From: Pseudomonadota bacterium
GTDB taxonomy: Bacteria; Desulfobacterota; Binatia; Binatales; Binataceae
Assembly: GCA_021324755.1 (NCBI GenBank)
Contig: JAJPIL010000027.1
Span: 1,049-65,048 of the forward strand
Length of the DNA: 64,000 nt
Reading direction: 5' to 3'
The notes beneath the pieces are model-generated. The model worked only from the letters and a program-made list of their open reading frames with translations, was not told the origin of the DNA and searched no databases. Below, piece after piece: positions 52,390 through 62,649 of the stretch. Position 1 is the stretch's first letter, and every line of letters starts with the position of its first letter. The translations under genes were made by a program, and so were the position numbers.

Positions 52390-53814
52390 TTATTCGGCTG
52401 CCTTAAGTTGGTTTTGCGCATTCAGCTTGCTGTGCTTGCGCCCGTAGAGGAAGTAGACGATCAATCCGACAAAAAGCCAAATGAGAAAGCGCACCCATGT
52501 GAGTGGCTTTAGGCTGACCATCAAGATACCGCAGAACACGACGCCCAAAAGGGGAACCCACGGTACAAATGGGACGGTAAAGGGGCGCGGCGCTGTCGGC
52601 TCGAGTACACGCAGCACCCAAACGCCAAGGCATACCAGCACGAAAGCGAAAAGAGTTCCGATATTGGTAAGCTCAGCCACGAGATCGATCGGCAGGAGCC
52701 CTGCCATAGCAGCCACAGCGATTCCCGTCAGTATCGTCGGAATAGTCGGCGTGCGAAAGCGGGGATGGACCCGCGAAAAGGCCTTCGGAAGTAATCCGTC
52801 GCGCGACATCGCGAAAAAAATCCTACTCTGTCCCAACATCAAAACGAGTTGAACCGACGTCAGACCAGCGACCGCGCCAATTGAGATTATGCCGGAGATA
52901 AAAGAAAGGCCGCGTTCGAAAAAGGCCGACGCCAACGGGGCGTTTAGGTCCAGCGTACGATAGGACTGCATCCCCGTGACCACGCACGCAACCAACATGT
53001 AGAGAACCGTACAAATCGACAGCGAACCGAGGATGCCTATCGGAAGGTCTCGGTTGGGATTTTTCGCTTCCTCGGCGACGGTCGACAAAGCGTCAAAGCC
53101 GATAAAGGCAAAAAACATGTATCCCGCACCGCGCGTGATTCCGAGCAATCCGTAAGGAGCAAAGGGACTCCAATTGCGTTTTTCGACAAAAAAAGCCCCC
53201 ACCACTATGACTATCGCGATTGAAAGGAGTTTGATTCCTACGATGAAGGAATTTACGCGTGCGCTTTCGGATATCCCAACGTAGAGAATCGCCGACATCA
53301 CGAGAACTACCAGGACCGCTGGAAGGTTGATTATCGCCCCGGGCCTGGTGAATGGAGCGTGAGTCAAGGCGTCCGGCAGGCGCAAACCCAGGCCTTTAAG
53401 AATCAGCGTAAAGTAGCCCGACCAGCCGACCGCAACCGTGGCAGCCCCGACCGCGTATTCCAGTACCAAGTCCCATCCGATTATCCACGCAACCAGCTCG
53501 CCCATCGTGGCGTAACAGTAGGTGTAGGCGCTGCCCGCCAAGGGCACCATCGTAGCAAGTTCGGCATAGCATAGGGCGGCCATGCTGCAAGCTATCCCAT
53601 CGAGGACTAGCGACAGGATTATCGCCGGGCCAGCGATCTGGGAGGCGGCTACTCCGGTTAGAACGAAGATGCCAGCCCCGATAATCGCGCCTATGCCAAG
53701 CGCGGTTAAGTCCAATGGGCCCAGCGCCCGCTTAAGCCCGGTGTGCACCTGATACAGGTCAGCCATAACGGCGGCGGGCGGCTTGCGCCGCAGTATCTGG
53801 GCATAAATGTTCAT
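52390..53814 (-). CDS. APC-family amino acid permease (cationic amino acid transporter-like)
   Basis: GIGAIIGAGIF, CYAELA, GSAYTY, FFAFIGFD, AMSRDGLLP; GAGGTG RBS before ATG 53814. Confidence 0.95.
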   Translation of the reverse strand: MNIYAQILRRKPPAAVMADLYQVHTGLKRALGPLDLTALGIGAIIGAGIFVLTGVAASQIAGPAIILSLVLDGIACSMAALCYAELATMVPLAGSAYTYCYATMGELVAWIIGWDLVLEYAVGAATVAVGWSGYFTLILKGLGLRLPDALTHAPFTRPGAIINLPAVLVVLVMSAILYVGISESARVNSFIVGIKLLSIAIVIVVGAFFVEKRNWSPFAPYGLLGITRGAGYMFFAFIGFDALSTVAEEAKNPNRDLPIGILGSLSICTVLYMLVACVVTGMQSYRTLDLNAPLASAFFERGLSFISGIISIGAVAGLTSVQLVLMLGQSRIFFAMSRDGLLPKAFSRVHPRFRTPTIPTILTGIAVAAMAGLLPIDLVAELTNIGTLFAFVLVCLGVWVLRVLEPTAPRPFTVPFVPWVPLLGVVFCGILMVSLKPLTWVRFLIWLFVGLIVYFLYGRKHSKLNAQNQLKAAE

Positions 53815-54164
53815 TTGGGAGTCGGCACCTCGCATATTGAAGCAATATATAGTGAGGCGCGAATCACTTAGCAACGACGCCGGCGCGGCGCAAGCCTGGG
53901 TTATTTCAATCCGCCTTCAAACCAGGTCGATGCAGACAGACGATCTTATGCCGATTGTCCGCTAGGCTTGCGCTCTTAAGTAGAAACTTGACTTCTTGCT
54001 GGCCCGCTCAGATAGCGTCGATCTGCGATAACCAACTGCGTTCGGCTACGTCATTTTGGCAACAGCAGTGTTCACTCCGCAGCTACGCTTTTGCGTTCTC
54101 TTGATCTGCTGCACCGCTGTCCAAGCTGAGTCCAAACTGCCCGGAGCGCTAGCGGACCTATCCG

Positions 54165-54947
54165 CTACCAAGCAAGATATCCGCCGTCGACGTGGATTAC
54201 CGTTCCGGTGACGTAGCTTGCCGCGTCGCTGGCCAAATAAATCACAGCCGCGCGGAGCTCTTCTGGTCTTCCCAGTCGACCCATCGGGATGAAACTCTCG
54301 ATGCGCGCGCGGTTGTCGCCTTTTTCGAGCCCTTCGATGTTCATCTCGGTCGGCACCCATCCAGGCGCGATAGCGTTCACGGTTATCCCGTAACGGCACC
54401 ATTCTATAGCCAGTTGGCGCGTCAGATTTGCCAGGGCCGCCTTGCTTGCGACGTAACACGCCATTCGATAAATGCCGGTGCCGACGTAACCGTAGACAGA
54501 GGTGATATTGATGATACGTCCCGGACGCTTGTGTTCGATCAACGCGCGCGCCACCCGCTGCGAGAGCATCAGCGGCGCCGTTACGTTGATCGCAAACGTG
54601 CTGTCCCAAACTTCTCGCTTGATATTCTCGGCGCGTCCGGTGGGAGCAACGCCCGCGTTATTGACGAGGATGTCGATTATTCCCAACTGGGCGTTAGCCT
54701 CGGCCACAGCGCGATCAACTTCCGCCTCGACCGTGACGTCGGCAGGGATAGCCGCGGCGTTTACTTTGTAACGCTCTTTGAGCTCCGCGGCAAGCCGTTC
54801 CAGACGGTCGGCCCGTCTGGCGACCAGCGCGACGTCCGCGCCAGCCAAAGCCAGCGCGCGGGCAAACTCAACGCCCAAGCCCGACGAAGCGCCCGTTACC
54901 AAGGCCACGTGACCTTTGAGCGAAAAAAGCGAACTAAGCGATTCCAT
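54165..54947 (-). CDS. short-chain dehydrogenase/reductase
   Basis: TGASSGLG, NNAG, YVASK, VNAIAPG, VDGG. Confidence 0.95.
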   Translation of the reverse strand: MESLSSLFSLKGHVALVTGASSGLGVEFARALALAGADVALVARRADRLERLAAELKERYKVNAAAIPADVTVEAEVDRAVAEANAQLGIIDILVNNAGVAPTGRAENIKREVWDSTFAINVTAPLMLSQRVARALIEHKRPGRIINITSVYGYVGTGIYRMACYVASKAALANLTRQLAIEWCRYGITVNAIAPGWVPTEMNIEGLEKGDNRARIESFIPMGRLGRPEELRAAVIYLASDAASYVTGTVIHVDGGYLAW

Positions 54948-55141
54948 CCCGGATACTTCCTACAGTTCAACCCTCAAAAGACTGGCGCACGTTTTACAGA
55001 AGGCATAGTATAACGCCGCTTTCGGGCGCCCCGAAAGCCCTAGAGGGACTTTACGAAACTTAGCCGGTCAGCTTTTGCTTCGATGTCTTTCGCACAAGTG
55101 CATGCGGCGGAACGGAACGCTGCGGTGGTCGAGCGCGCCGA

Positions 55142-56215
55142 CTAAGATGCGCTCGTCGCAACACGCATCGCGAGCGCGGCCGCATCGAGCGCTCGTTCGA
55201 TATGTTCGGCCGTGATTCCGTAGTGGGTAACCGCCCGAAAGCGTGTCGAGTCGCGCGGGATAATCAGTACACCGCGGTTCTTTAGCTCCGAGTAGAACCG
55301 GCTTGCAGTCTCGGGGCCGCGCGTCACCCGGAAAAAGACCATGTTGGTGCGTCGTTGCTGAGGCTCGACGAAAAGACCCTCTATGTTGCTCAATCCTTCG
55401 GCAAGGCGGCGGGCATTTTCATGGTCTTCCGCGAGTCGGTCGATCATCGTCCGCAGAGCGACAAGTCCCGCGGCGGCGATAATTCCTGCCTGGCGCATCC
55501 CGCCACCGAGTACCTTGCGCACTCGCCTGGCTTCTTCGATGAACGCGCGCGGTCCGCAAATTAGCGAGCCTACTGGGCATGCCAAACCTTTCGACAAGCA
55601 GAACGAAGCGGTGTCGGCAAGCTGAGCAATTTTGTCGGCAGTGGTTTCTAGAGCAATGGCGGCATTGAAAATTCGCGCGCCGTCAAGATGGACCGGCAAA
55701 CCGTGCGCATGGGCGAGATGTCTTACTTCGGCCATGTGGTTAAGGCTTACTGCCGCGCCTCCGCACAAATTGTGCGTGTTCTCGATAACGACTAGAGCTG
55801 GCCTTGCGAAATGGGGATTTGACGAGGGCATGCTTAGCTCGTTTCGCAGCTCGTCTAAATCGAGCTCGCCGTTGTCAAGGTTGCGCACCGGCGAAATAAT
55901 TACGCCGCCAACTGCCGAGGCTCCGCCAGCTTCATAAAGATTACTGTGCGCCTTGGCGCCCATAATCGCCTTTGAGCCCCTTGGACAGTGGACAAGAATC
56001 GAAACCAGGTTAGCCATCGTTCCGCTTGGCACAAGCAGGGCGGCTTCCTTGCCCAGCATCTGCGCAGCAACTTCCTGAAGCTTATTTACGGTCGGGTCTT
56101 CGCCGTACACGTCGTCGCCAAGCTCGGCCTCGGCGATGGCCTTTCGCATCTCCGGCGTCGGCAAGGTTACCGTGTCGCTGCGCAAATCTATCACGTCCAT
56201 CGCACCATACCTCAT
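55142..56215 (-). CDS. ltaE: low-specificity L-threonine aldolase
   Basis: [47 protein letters not shown]. Confidence 0.96.
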   Translation of the reverse strand: MRYGAMDVIDLRSDTVTLPTPEMRKAIAEAELGDDVYGEDPTVNKLQEVAAQMLGKEAALLVPSGTMANLVSILVHCPRGSKAIMGAKAHSNLYEAGGASAVGGVIISPVRNLDNGELDLDELRNELSMPSSNPHFARPALVVIENTHNLCGGAAVSLNHMAEVRHLAHAHGLPVHLDGARIFNAAIALETTADKIAQLADTASFCLSKGLACPVGSLICGPRAFIEEARRVRKVLGGGMRQAGIIAAAGLVALRTMIDRLAEDHENARRLAEGLSNIEGLFVEPQQRRTNMVFFRVTRGPETASRFYSELKNRGVLIIPRDSTRFRAVTHYGITAEHIERALDAAALAMRVATSAS

Positions 56216-56359
56216 AAGACCACTATGGGCTCATCCCCGCCGCCCAGTGCAACAGCTCGCTCGCAACAAAGCGCTGGCTGTACCAATGAAGCTATTCTAG
56301 CCCCGCTCGGGCTACCGCCGGAGAGCGCTTATTGTGTGTTCCTCGGTCTTGACCCAACG

Positions 56360-57241
56360 CTACGGAAAGATAGCTTTGACGACCTCGTCTATGGCCGCCT
56401 TGGCTTCGGGTTCGTCCGTAAGGGACCAGGTGACGGCGACTGTGGCGGCGCGGCGCGGCGCGATGCCGTTTCTTATGAGCTCGCCGGCATAAATAAGCAG
56501 TCTCGTCGAAACGCCTTCCTCCAAGCCTGCGCCCTTAAGATTACGAACTTTTGCACCGAGCAGCGCTAGTTGCTCGGCGATCTCATAACTAACCTTTGCT
56601 TCGTGCGCGATAATCTCAGCTTCCTTCTCCGGCGGCGGATAGTTGAACTCGATCGTGATGAAGCGCTGGCGTGTGGAGTGTTTGAGGTTTTTCTGAATAC
56701 TCTGGTAGCCGGGGTTATAGGAGATGACGAGAAGAAAAGACGGATGGGCTTGCAGGAGTTCGGCCCGCTTTTCAATCGGCAGAAGCCGCCGATGGTCGGA
56801 TAGCGGATGGATCAGCACCGTGGTATCCTTGCGCGCCTCGACGATTTCGTCCAGATAACACAGCGCGCCGTTTCGGACCGCCTGCGTCAAAGGTCCGTCG
56901 ATCCACACCGTTTCGTCAGCCTGGATCAAGTAGCGTCCGACTAGGTCGCTTCCGGTCAGGTCTTCGTGGCAGGCGACAGTTATTAGCCCTGTGGGACCGT
57001 CTTCGGCAACGGCTAGGCGATGTGCCATGTGTTCCACGAACCGTGTCTTTCCGCATCCAGTCGGTCCTTTCAGTAGGACCGGCAGACGTGCGCGATAGGC
57101 AGCCTCGAAGATTTCTATTTCGTCCGCGATCGGCAAGTAGTAGGGCGTGCGCGTTGGGTCCAAGCGCTTTATTTCGGACGTATACGCTTTAACCCTGGCG
57201 CTGGTAATGCTTGGAGCGCTTCTATCCATCGGCTCGTCCAT
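56360..57241 (-). CDS. CbbQ/NirQ/NorQ-family MoxR AAA+ ATPase
   Basis: LKGPTGCGKTRFVEHMA, CHEDL..SDLVG, YLDEIVEARKDT, SYNPGYQ, STRQRF, STRLL. Confidence 0.95.
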   Translation of the reverse strand: MDEPMDRSAPSITSARVKAYTSEIKRLDPTRTPYYLPIADEIEIFEAAYRARLPVLLKGPTGCGKTRFVEHMAHRLAVAEDGPTGLITVACHEDLTGSDLVGRYLIQADETVWIDGPLTQAVRNGALCYLDEIVEARKDTTVLIHPLSDHRRLLPIEKRAELLQAHPSFLLVISYNPGYQSIQKNLKHSTRQRFITIEFNYPPPEKEAEIIAHEAKVSYEIAEQLALLGAKVRNLKGAGLEEGVSTRLLIYAGELIRNGIAPRRAATVAVTWSLTDEPEAKAAIDEVVKAIFP

Positions 57242-57288
57242 GGCTCGTAACCGGCTCAACAAATTCTATGGGAGAGTTGTCTAGCACT

Positions 57289-58713
57289 TCAACTTGCGCC
57301 CCATCGACGCTTGATGCGGTAACCCTCAGGCGTGTCTTCCACCGCGTAACCCATACTTAGCAGTTTTGCTCTAAGCGCGTCGCTGAGCGCGTAATTTTTC
57401 GCACGCCTGGCTTCAAGGCGCTGCTCGGCAAGCTGCGTGACTTCTTCGGGCAGCGGCGCGCGCGACTCGGCGCGTATCTGCTCCAAACCGATTCCGAAAA
57501 CGCTGTCAAAACGCGTCAGGGTTCGCCAAATGCGCCGGTCGTTTCGGCGGTAAGCCTCCGCTACCATCTCGAGCGCCACTGCCAAAGCCTGGGGCGTGTT
57601 AAGGTCGTTGTTTATCGCCTCGTGAAAGCGCTGCTCGAACGGCTCCACCCATTCGGCATCACTCTCGGTCTCTTCGTCCGAGACGGTCGAGGCAAAATTG
57701 TAGAGGTAGACCAAATTGCGCTCGGCTCCTCTGATGGCATCGAGACTGAACGCAAGTTCAGAGCGGTACTTCGCTCCCAAACAGAACAGACGAAATGCCA
57801 AAGGATGGAGCCCTAGCGCCTGAAGGTCGCTCAGCACGGGAAACTGGCCGGCGCTTTTGCTGATCTTTGCTCCCTCGGCTCCGACTAGGAAAGCGTGATG
57901 CACAAAATAGCGTACAAACGGCTTTCCTGTAGCGCTTTCGGATTGAGCGATTTCGTTCTCGTGGTGAATTGGTATGTGGTCGATGCCCCCGGAGTGTATA
58001 TCGATCGTCTCGCCCAAGTACTTCATAGCCATCGCCGAGCACTCGATATGCCACCCAGGGTACCCGCGCCCCCACGGACTGTCCCATTGCATAATATGGT
58101 TTGGCTGATTGAGCACCCAGAGTGCAAAGTCGTGGGGGCTTTTCTTGTCCGGCGCGTGCTCGATCCTTTGTCCCGCGTACTGTTCGTCTAAGCTTTGACG
58201 CGACAAGCGACCTACACGATTGGTGCCCCGGTACTTTTCGACGTCGAAGTAGACGCCGCTTTGGGCAACGTAGGCGTATCCGCGCGCCAAGATCTTCTCG
58301 ATCAGAGCGATCATGTCTGCGATGTGGTCGGTTGCGCGGCACAAAACGTCGGGCATCTGAACGTTCAGCTTCCTTAAATCTTCGAGAAACAAATTGGTAT
58401 AAAAATCGGCCACCTCGCGTGGACTTCGCCCCTCGGCGCGCGCGGTTTTTTCGACCTTGTCCTCGCCGCCATCGGCGTCGGACGTCATGTGCCCTACGTC
58501 GGTGATGTTCATCACGTGACGGACCTTGTAACCGTTATAGGTCAGCGCCCGCTTGAGCGTATCCGCGAAGATGTAGCTTCGCATATTACCTAGATGCTGG
58601 CGCAAATAAACGGTCGGCCCACACGAATAGTACGTTACGACAGGCGGGTTGAGAGGGCTGAACTCTTCAACCGCTCGGGACAGGGTGTTGTATATGAAAA
58701 AAGGAGTCTTCAG
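57289..58713 (-). CDS. cysS: cysteinyl-tRNA synthetase (extended upstream to a probable CTG start)
   Basis: The frame stays open upstream of 58605 through IYNTLSR..EEF.P...YSCGPTVY..HLGN. PGWHIECSAM, HHENEIAQS, KISKS, DLNTPQA and the anticodon domain are present. Confidence 0.93.
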   Translation of the reverse strand: MKTPFFIYNTLSRAVEEFSPLNPPVVTYYSCGPTVYLRQHLGNMRSYIFADTLKRALTYNGYKVRHVMNITDVGHMTSDADGGEDKVEKTARAEGRSPREVADFYTNLFLEDLRKLNVQMPDVLCRATDHIADMIALIEKILARGYAYVAQSGVYFDVEKYRGTNRVGRLSRQSLDEQYAGQRIEHAPDKKSPHDFALWVLNQPNHIMQWDSPWGRGYPGWHIECSAMAMKYLGETIDIHSGGIDHIPIHHENEIAQSESATGKPFVRYFVHHAFLVGAEGAKISKSAGQFPVLSDLQALGLHPLAFRLFCLGAKYRSELAFSLDAIRGAERNLVYLYNFASTVSDEETESDAEWVEPFEQRFHEAINNDLNTPQALAVALEMVAEAYRRNDRRIWRTLTRFDSVFGIGLEQIRAESRAPLPEEVTQLAEQRLEARRAKNYALSDALRAKLLSMGYAVEDTPEGYRIKRRWGAS

Positions 58714-59004
58714 ACCGATTCTTTCCTAGGCGGAAATTGTGGTTTCCGGATGAGTTGCGGCTTGCCCAAACGCGGGCTCAACTGCCGCTGCCGGCAAAAC
58801 CGGCAATTTAAGCCTTTGTACCAAGCTTCTAACTACTTCAGAACGAAGCCTCGCCATAGCTTGAGTCGCTACTCACCTCTCTATTTTATCCGGCACAACG
58901 GTAAAATCGAAGTAAGGCGAGATGCAAGATTGGCGGCCTGTATTTGGACAGGAGTTTACTTCGCCATTTGAAAGCTAGCGCAAGCGCCGCTTGGTCAGGC
59001 AACG

Positions 59005-60936
59005 ATGGAGGCCAAAGTTAGACATTCAATCATCGGCACGGCCGGGCATATCGACCACGGCAAGACCGCACTGGTCAAAGCACTAACGGGGCAGGATACC
59101 GACCGGCTGAAAGAAGAGAAAGAGCGAGGTATATCTATCGAGCTCGGCTTTGCCTACTTGACTCTGCCTACCGGCGAACGGGTAGGGCTGGTGGACGTCC
59201 CGGGCCATGAGCGATTTATCCGCAATATGCTCGCAGGCGCCCATGGGATAGATCTTGCGCTGATTGTGGTGGCCGCCGACGATGGCGTGATGCCGCAAAG
59301 CGAGGAGCATCTCGACATTCTGCATCTTCTCGGCGTCGAGCGCGGCATATTCGTTATCACCAAGGCCGACTTGGTCGACCAAAAGCGAGTTGCGGAAGTC
59401 AGGGAAGAAATCGAGTTGCTAGCCGAGGGTACCCGGTTTCAGGGGGCGCCGGTCGTTGTGGTCTCGAGCCTTACGGGTTACGGTGTCGAGGAACTCAAGG
59501 CCGAAATCGTGCGCCAGCTCGAGGGCCTCGAGCGCAGGCGTGGTGCGGAGCTTTTTCGTCTGCCCGTGGACCGGGCTTTTGTAATCAAGGGACATGGCAC
59601 GGTCGTGACGGGCACCGCGTTAGGAGGTGAGGTGCGTGTAGGACAAAAGCTTAAAGTTTTGCCTGCCGACGAAGCGGTGCGCGTGCGGTCGATCCAAGTG
59701 CATTCGGCTTCGGTGGAGGTAGCGGGTTTCGGTCAGCGAGTTGCGTTAAACCTGGTGGGAGCTGAGCGGGTCGGAATAAAACGCGGGGACGTCGTCGCCG
59801 ACGAGCGGCTGGAAATAACCTCCTCACGGTTAGACGCTCTCTTCGAAGTGCGCTCGATGACCAAGCGGCCGCTCAAAACCAATGACCGTATTCGACTCTT
59901 TATCGGCACCGCCGAGTCGCTCGGCCGCGCAATCGTACTAGAGGAAGGCGGCGAGATTCAACCTAAGCGCTCGGGCCTGGTGCAGCTGGTGCTTCGCGAC
60001 CCGGTCGTGGCGCTCAGGGGCGACAGGTTTATCGTAAGAGATGCTTCGAACCAACGCACATTGGGCGGCGGCGTGGTCGTCAACCCAGTTGCCCATCGCC
60101 CGGGAAGCCGGTTGCAGCGCTATCGGGAGCTGTTGGCCGCTTTGAACGGAAGCGCAGGAGAGGCGGCTGTGGCGGCGATGCTCGAGTTGCAAGACACGCT
60201 CCTGCTCGATGCTCAGCGTATCTCCCAGTTGCTCAACGTCCCTCTGACGGAGGTCGAGGCGGCACTCAAGACGCCGACTTTCACGAAAGTTAGCGCGGGT
60301 GACGAAACTGGCTTCATGCCCGTGAGCAGATGGAACGAGTTTAAGCGCTTCGTGCTCGAGGCCGTCCAAGCGCATCACAAGGCTGACCCGCTGGCTGTCG
60401 GTCTTGAGATGGAGGCGCTCAGGTCGCGCATGCCGGGCGAAATTTCGCCGCGCTTGTTCCGAGCGTTGGTCGAAAGACTGGTTGATGAAACGGAGCTCGA
60501 GCGCGAGGAAAGCGTTTTGCGTCTGCGCTCGCATCGAATCGAACTGTCGTCGGAGGATAAAGCGCTGGTGGCTCAAATCGAACGTATCCTTGACCAAGCT
60601 GGATTTCAGCCGCCCGATGTGCGTCAGCTGGGAGCGACGACGGGTCTAGCTGCGCAAGCAGAGGCACGGTTGATACGCCTCCTCAATATTTTGGAGCGAG
60701 AGGGAAAGGCAGTAAAAGTTACCAAGGACCTCTATTTCTCTGCGGCACGGGTCGCGCAGGCGCAAGCGGTTTTGGCCGACTATCTTAAAGCACACAGCGA
60801 AATAAGCGCCGCGACTTTTCGCGATTTGCTTCAAACCTCGCGCAAGTTTGCAATAGCCCTCTTGGACTATTTCGACCGAAGCGGCGTGACTTTGCGCGTC
60901 GGTGACTTGAGGAGACTTAGACAAGCTGTCTCGTAA
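59005..60936 (+). CDS. selB: selenocysteine-specific elongation factor
   Basis: [37 protein letters not shown]-terminal [13 protein letters not shown]...R.GD.R SECIS-binding winged helix. Confidence 0.98.
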   Translation: MEAKVRHSIIGTAGHIDHGKTALVKALTGQDTDRLKEEKERGISIELGFAYLTLPTGERVGLVDVPGHERFIRNMLAGAHGIDLALIVVAADDGVMPQSEEHLDILHLLGVERGIFVITKADLVDQKRVAEVREEIELLAEGTRFQGAPVVVVSSLTGYGVEELKAEIVRQLEGLERRRGAELFRLPVDRAFVIKGHGTVVTGTALGGEVRVGQKLKVLPADEAVRVRSIQVHSASVEVAGFGQRVALNLVGAERVGIKRGDVVADERLEITSSRLDALFEVRSMTKRPLKTNDRIRLFIGTAESLGRAIVLEEGGEIQPKRSGLVQLVLRDPVVALRGDRFIVRDASNQRTLGGGVVVNPVAHRPGSRLQRYRELLAALNGSAGEAAVAAMLELQDTLLLDAQRISQLLNVPLTEVEAALKTPTFTKVSAGDETGFMPVSRWNEFKRFVLEAVQAHHKADPLAVGLEMEALRSRMPGEISPRLFRALVERLVDETELEREESVLRLRSHRIELSSEDKALVAQIERILDQAGFQPPDVRQLGATTGLAAQAEARLIRLLNILEREGKAVKVTKDLYFSAARVAQAQAVLADYLKAHSEISAATFRDLLQTSRKFAIALLDYFDRSGVTLRVGDLRRLRQAVS

Positions 60937-61032
60937 CGGCGCGCGTAAAAAAGGGAACAAAACGTAGAGGCGGCGCGCGGGATACTTTGCAAGCGCACGC
61001 GGGTGCGATAAGAACTTGGACATAGGCTCCAT

Positions 61033-62097
61033 ATGGCGGAAAGCGATCGGATTCGCAATGAGCTGATAAGGCTTACTGCCCGATGCAAGGCGGCGGGTTG
61101 AGCCGGAAAATTGGGTCCGGCGGACCTTAAATCAGCCTTATCGAAGCTCGACTTGGACCATGATCCGAATTTGTTGGTCGGCGCCGCAACTGCCGACGAC
61201 GCCGGAGTGTATCTGTTGCGCGATGACCTGGCGCTGGTGAGCACGGTCGACTTTTTTACGCCGATCGTGGACGACCCTTTCATGTTCGGACAGATCGCAG
61301 CGGCTAATGCGTTGTCGGACGTTTATGCGATGGGTGGTACGCCAAAAGTCGCCCTTAACATCGTATGTTGGCCGCAGTCGGGGTTGCCGCTCGAAATGCT
61401 CGTCGAGATCATGCGCGGCGGTCTGGAAAAGGCACGTGAAGCCGGCGTAGCAGTTGTCGGAGGCCATTCAGTGGCCGACGAAGAGGTCAAATTTGGGATG
61501 GCGGTCACGGGAATTATCGATCCGCGCCGGATCGTGCAAAACTCCGGTGCCCGGCCTGGGGACCGCTTGGTGCTGACCAAGCCCCTGGGCACGGGAATTT
61601 TGATGACCGCTTTTAAACGAGGGCAGCTGCCTCAAGACCAGTACAGTGCTGCGGTGACAACGATGGCGACGCTTAACGCCGCCTCGTCCAGGGCGATGCT
61701 CGAGCATAACGCCCACGCGGCTACGGATATAACAGGCTTTGGACTTTTGGGACACGCCTGCCAAATGGCGGAGGCAAGCGGCGTCTGCCTGGTGATAGAG
61801 GAATGGTATCTGCCACTGCTTGCGGGCGCGGTGGAATGGTGCAGAGCTGGGATGCTGCCCGGCGGGGGGCGGCGTAACCGCGAGTTCTTCGGCCCAAAAG
61901 TGGCAATAGGCGAAGAAGTGGGGGAGGAGATGATAGAAATCGGCTTTGACCCTCAGACTTCCGGCGGACTGCTAATCGCGCTTGCCGAAAATGACGCTCA
62001 GGCGCTCGTGGAGGAACTGCACAGGCAAGGCAATACCGATGCCGTGATCGTGGGTCGAGTCGAAGAGGCCGGCCAGTTCCCAGTAAGATATATCTAG
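61033..62097 (+). CDS. selD: selenide, water dikinase; selenoprotein with in-frame UGA (Sec23) at 61099-61101
   Basis: ATG 61033 gives MAESDRIRNELIRLTARCKAAG-U-AGKLGP in frame with the 61111 ORF; DDAGVY, TVDFFTPIVDDP, ANALSDVYAMGG, DPQTSGGLL. Confidence 0.95.
61111..61130 (+). promoter_or_regulatory. bacterial SECIS hairpin of selD
   Basis: GGTCC-GGC-GGACC stem starting 12 nt after the UGA, G-rich apical loop, extendable by G-U and TT/AA pairs. Confidence 0.7.
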
Positions 62098-62205
62098 TCG
62101 GATATGTCTAGGTCGCGAGCTTGAGGTCGCGAGCTCGACCGTGCGCTCAAACGCTTGCTTGCGTGTGGCTACACGATGCCCGCGACCACGCAAGTTAGCT
62201 TAGGC

Positions 62206-62502
62206 CTAATGGCTTGAAGAAGAAGACCCGCTTGACGAGCTCGCCCCCGTGGAAGAGGAGGGTGATGTTTCAGACTTTTTTGCCTGCGCGCGAGCACGCT
62301 TTCGACAACGATAGACCGAGGCGCGCGATATGTGCAGGTCGCTTGCAACCTCGCGAGGTTTTTTGCCCGCGTTTAGTTCCTCCATCACCTTATCACAATC
62401 CACCTTGCTTCTACCTGCCGCGCTGGCCTTGATCGGCGTGGCGGCAAGAAAGCTCATCATCGTAACCGACGCTACTACCACGGCGAGGCTTTTCGACATC
62501 AT
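62206..62502 (-). CDS. small putatively exported protein with an HTH-like domain flanked by two Cys
   Basis: Signal peptide MMSKSLAVVVASVTMMSFLAATPIKASA, then VDCDKVMEELNAGKKPREVASDLHISRASVYRC and a Ser-rich tail; GGAG RBS. Confidence 0.75.
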   Translation of the reverse strand: MMSKSLAVVVASVTMMSFLAATPIKASAAGRSKVDCDKVMEELNAGKKPREVASDLHISRASVYRCRKRARAQAKKSETSPSSSTGASSSSGSSSSSH

Positions 62503-62649
62503 GTTCACGGCTCCAGAACCTCCGTCTACCTTCAGGCTTATGCACTCCAACGAAATAACATAAACCGTAGTGATACCGAAAAACAATTGCTTACGCGACC
62601 TTTGTCCGGCCCATTCAGGCTTTCGACAAAGCTTATCGCTTTAAACGAA

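Noticed and set aside
53888-53973. 10-bp inverted repeat GCGCAAGCCT/AGGCTTGCGC upstream of the amino acid permease, considered as a riboswitch
   Set aside because: No glycine, lysine, SAM or T-box motifs seen; one 10-bp repeat is about chance level for this much intergenic DNA.
54192-55013. 273-aa ORF antisense to the SDR, and similar long shadow ORFs over tolC, the RND permease, ctaD, selB and aceA
   Set aside because: They overlap well-supported genes and have no motifs; expected from GC-rich codon bias.
58714-59004. Possible selC (tRNA-Sec) between cysS and selB
   Set aside because: No TTCAAA anticodon arm or TTCGA T-loop in a cloverleaf on either strand.
62087-62200. Short direct repeats (AGGTCGCGAGCT x2, GATATRTCTAG x2) and a CTTGCGTG/CACGCAAG stem
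   Set aside because: Only two copies and no spacers, so not CRISPR; probably local duplications or a terminator between convergent genes.
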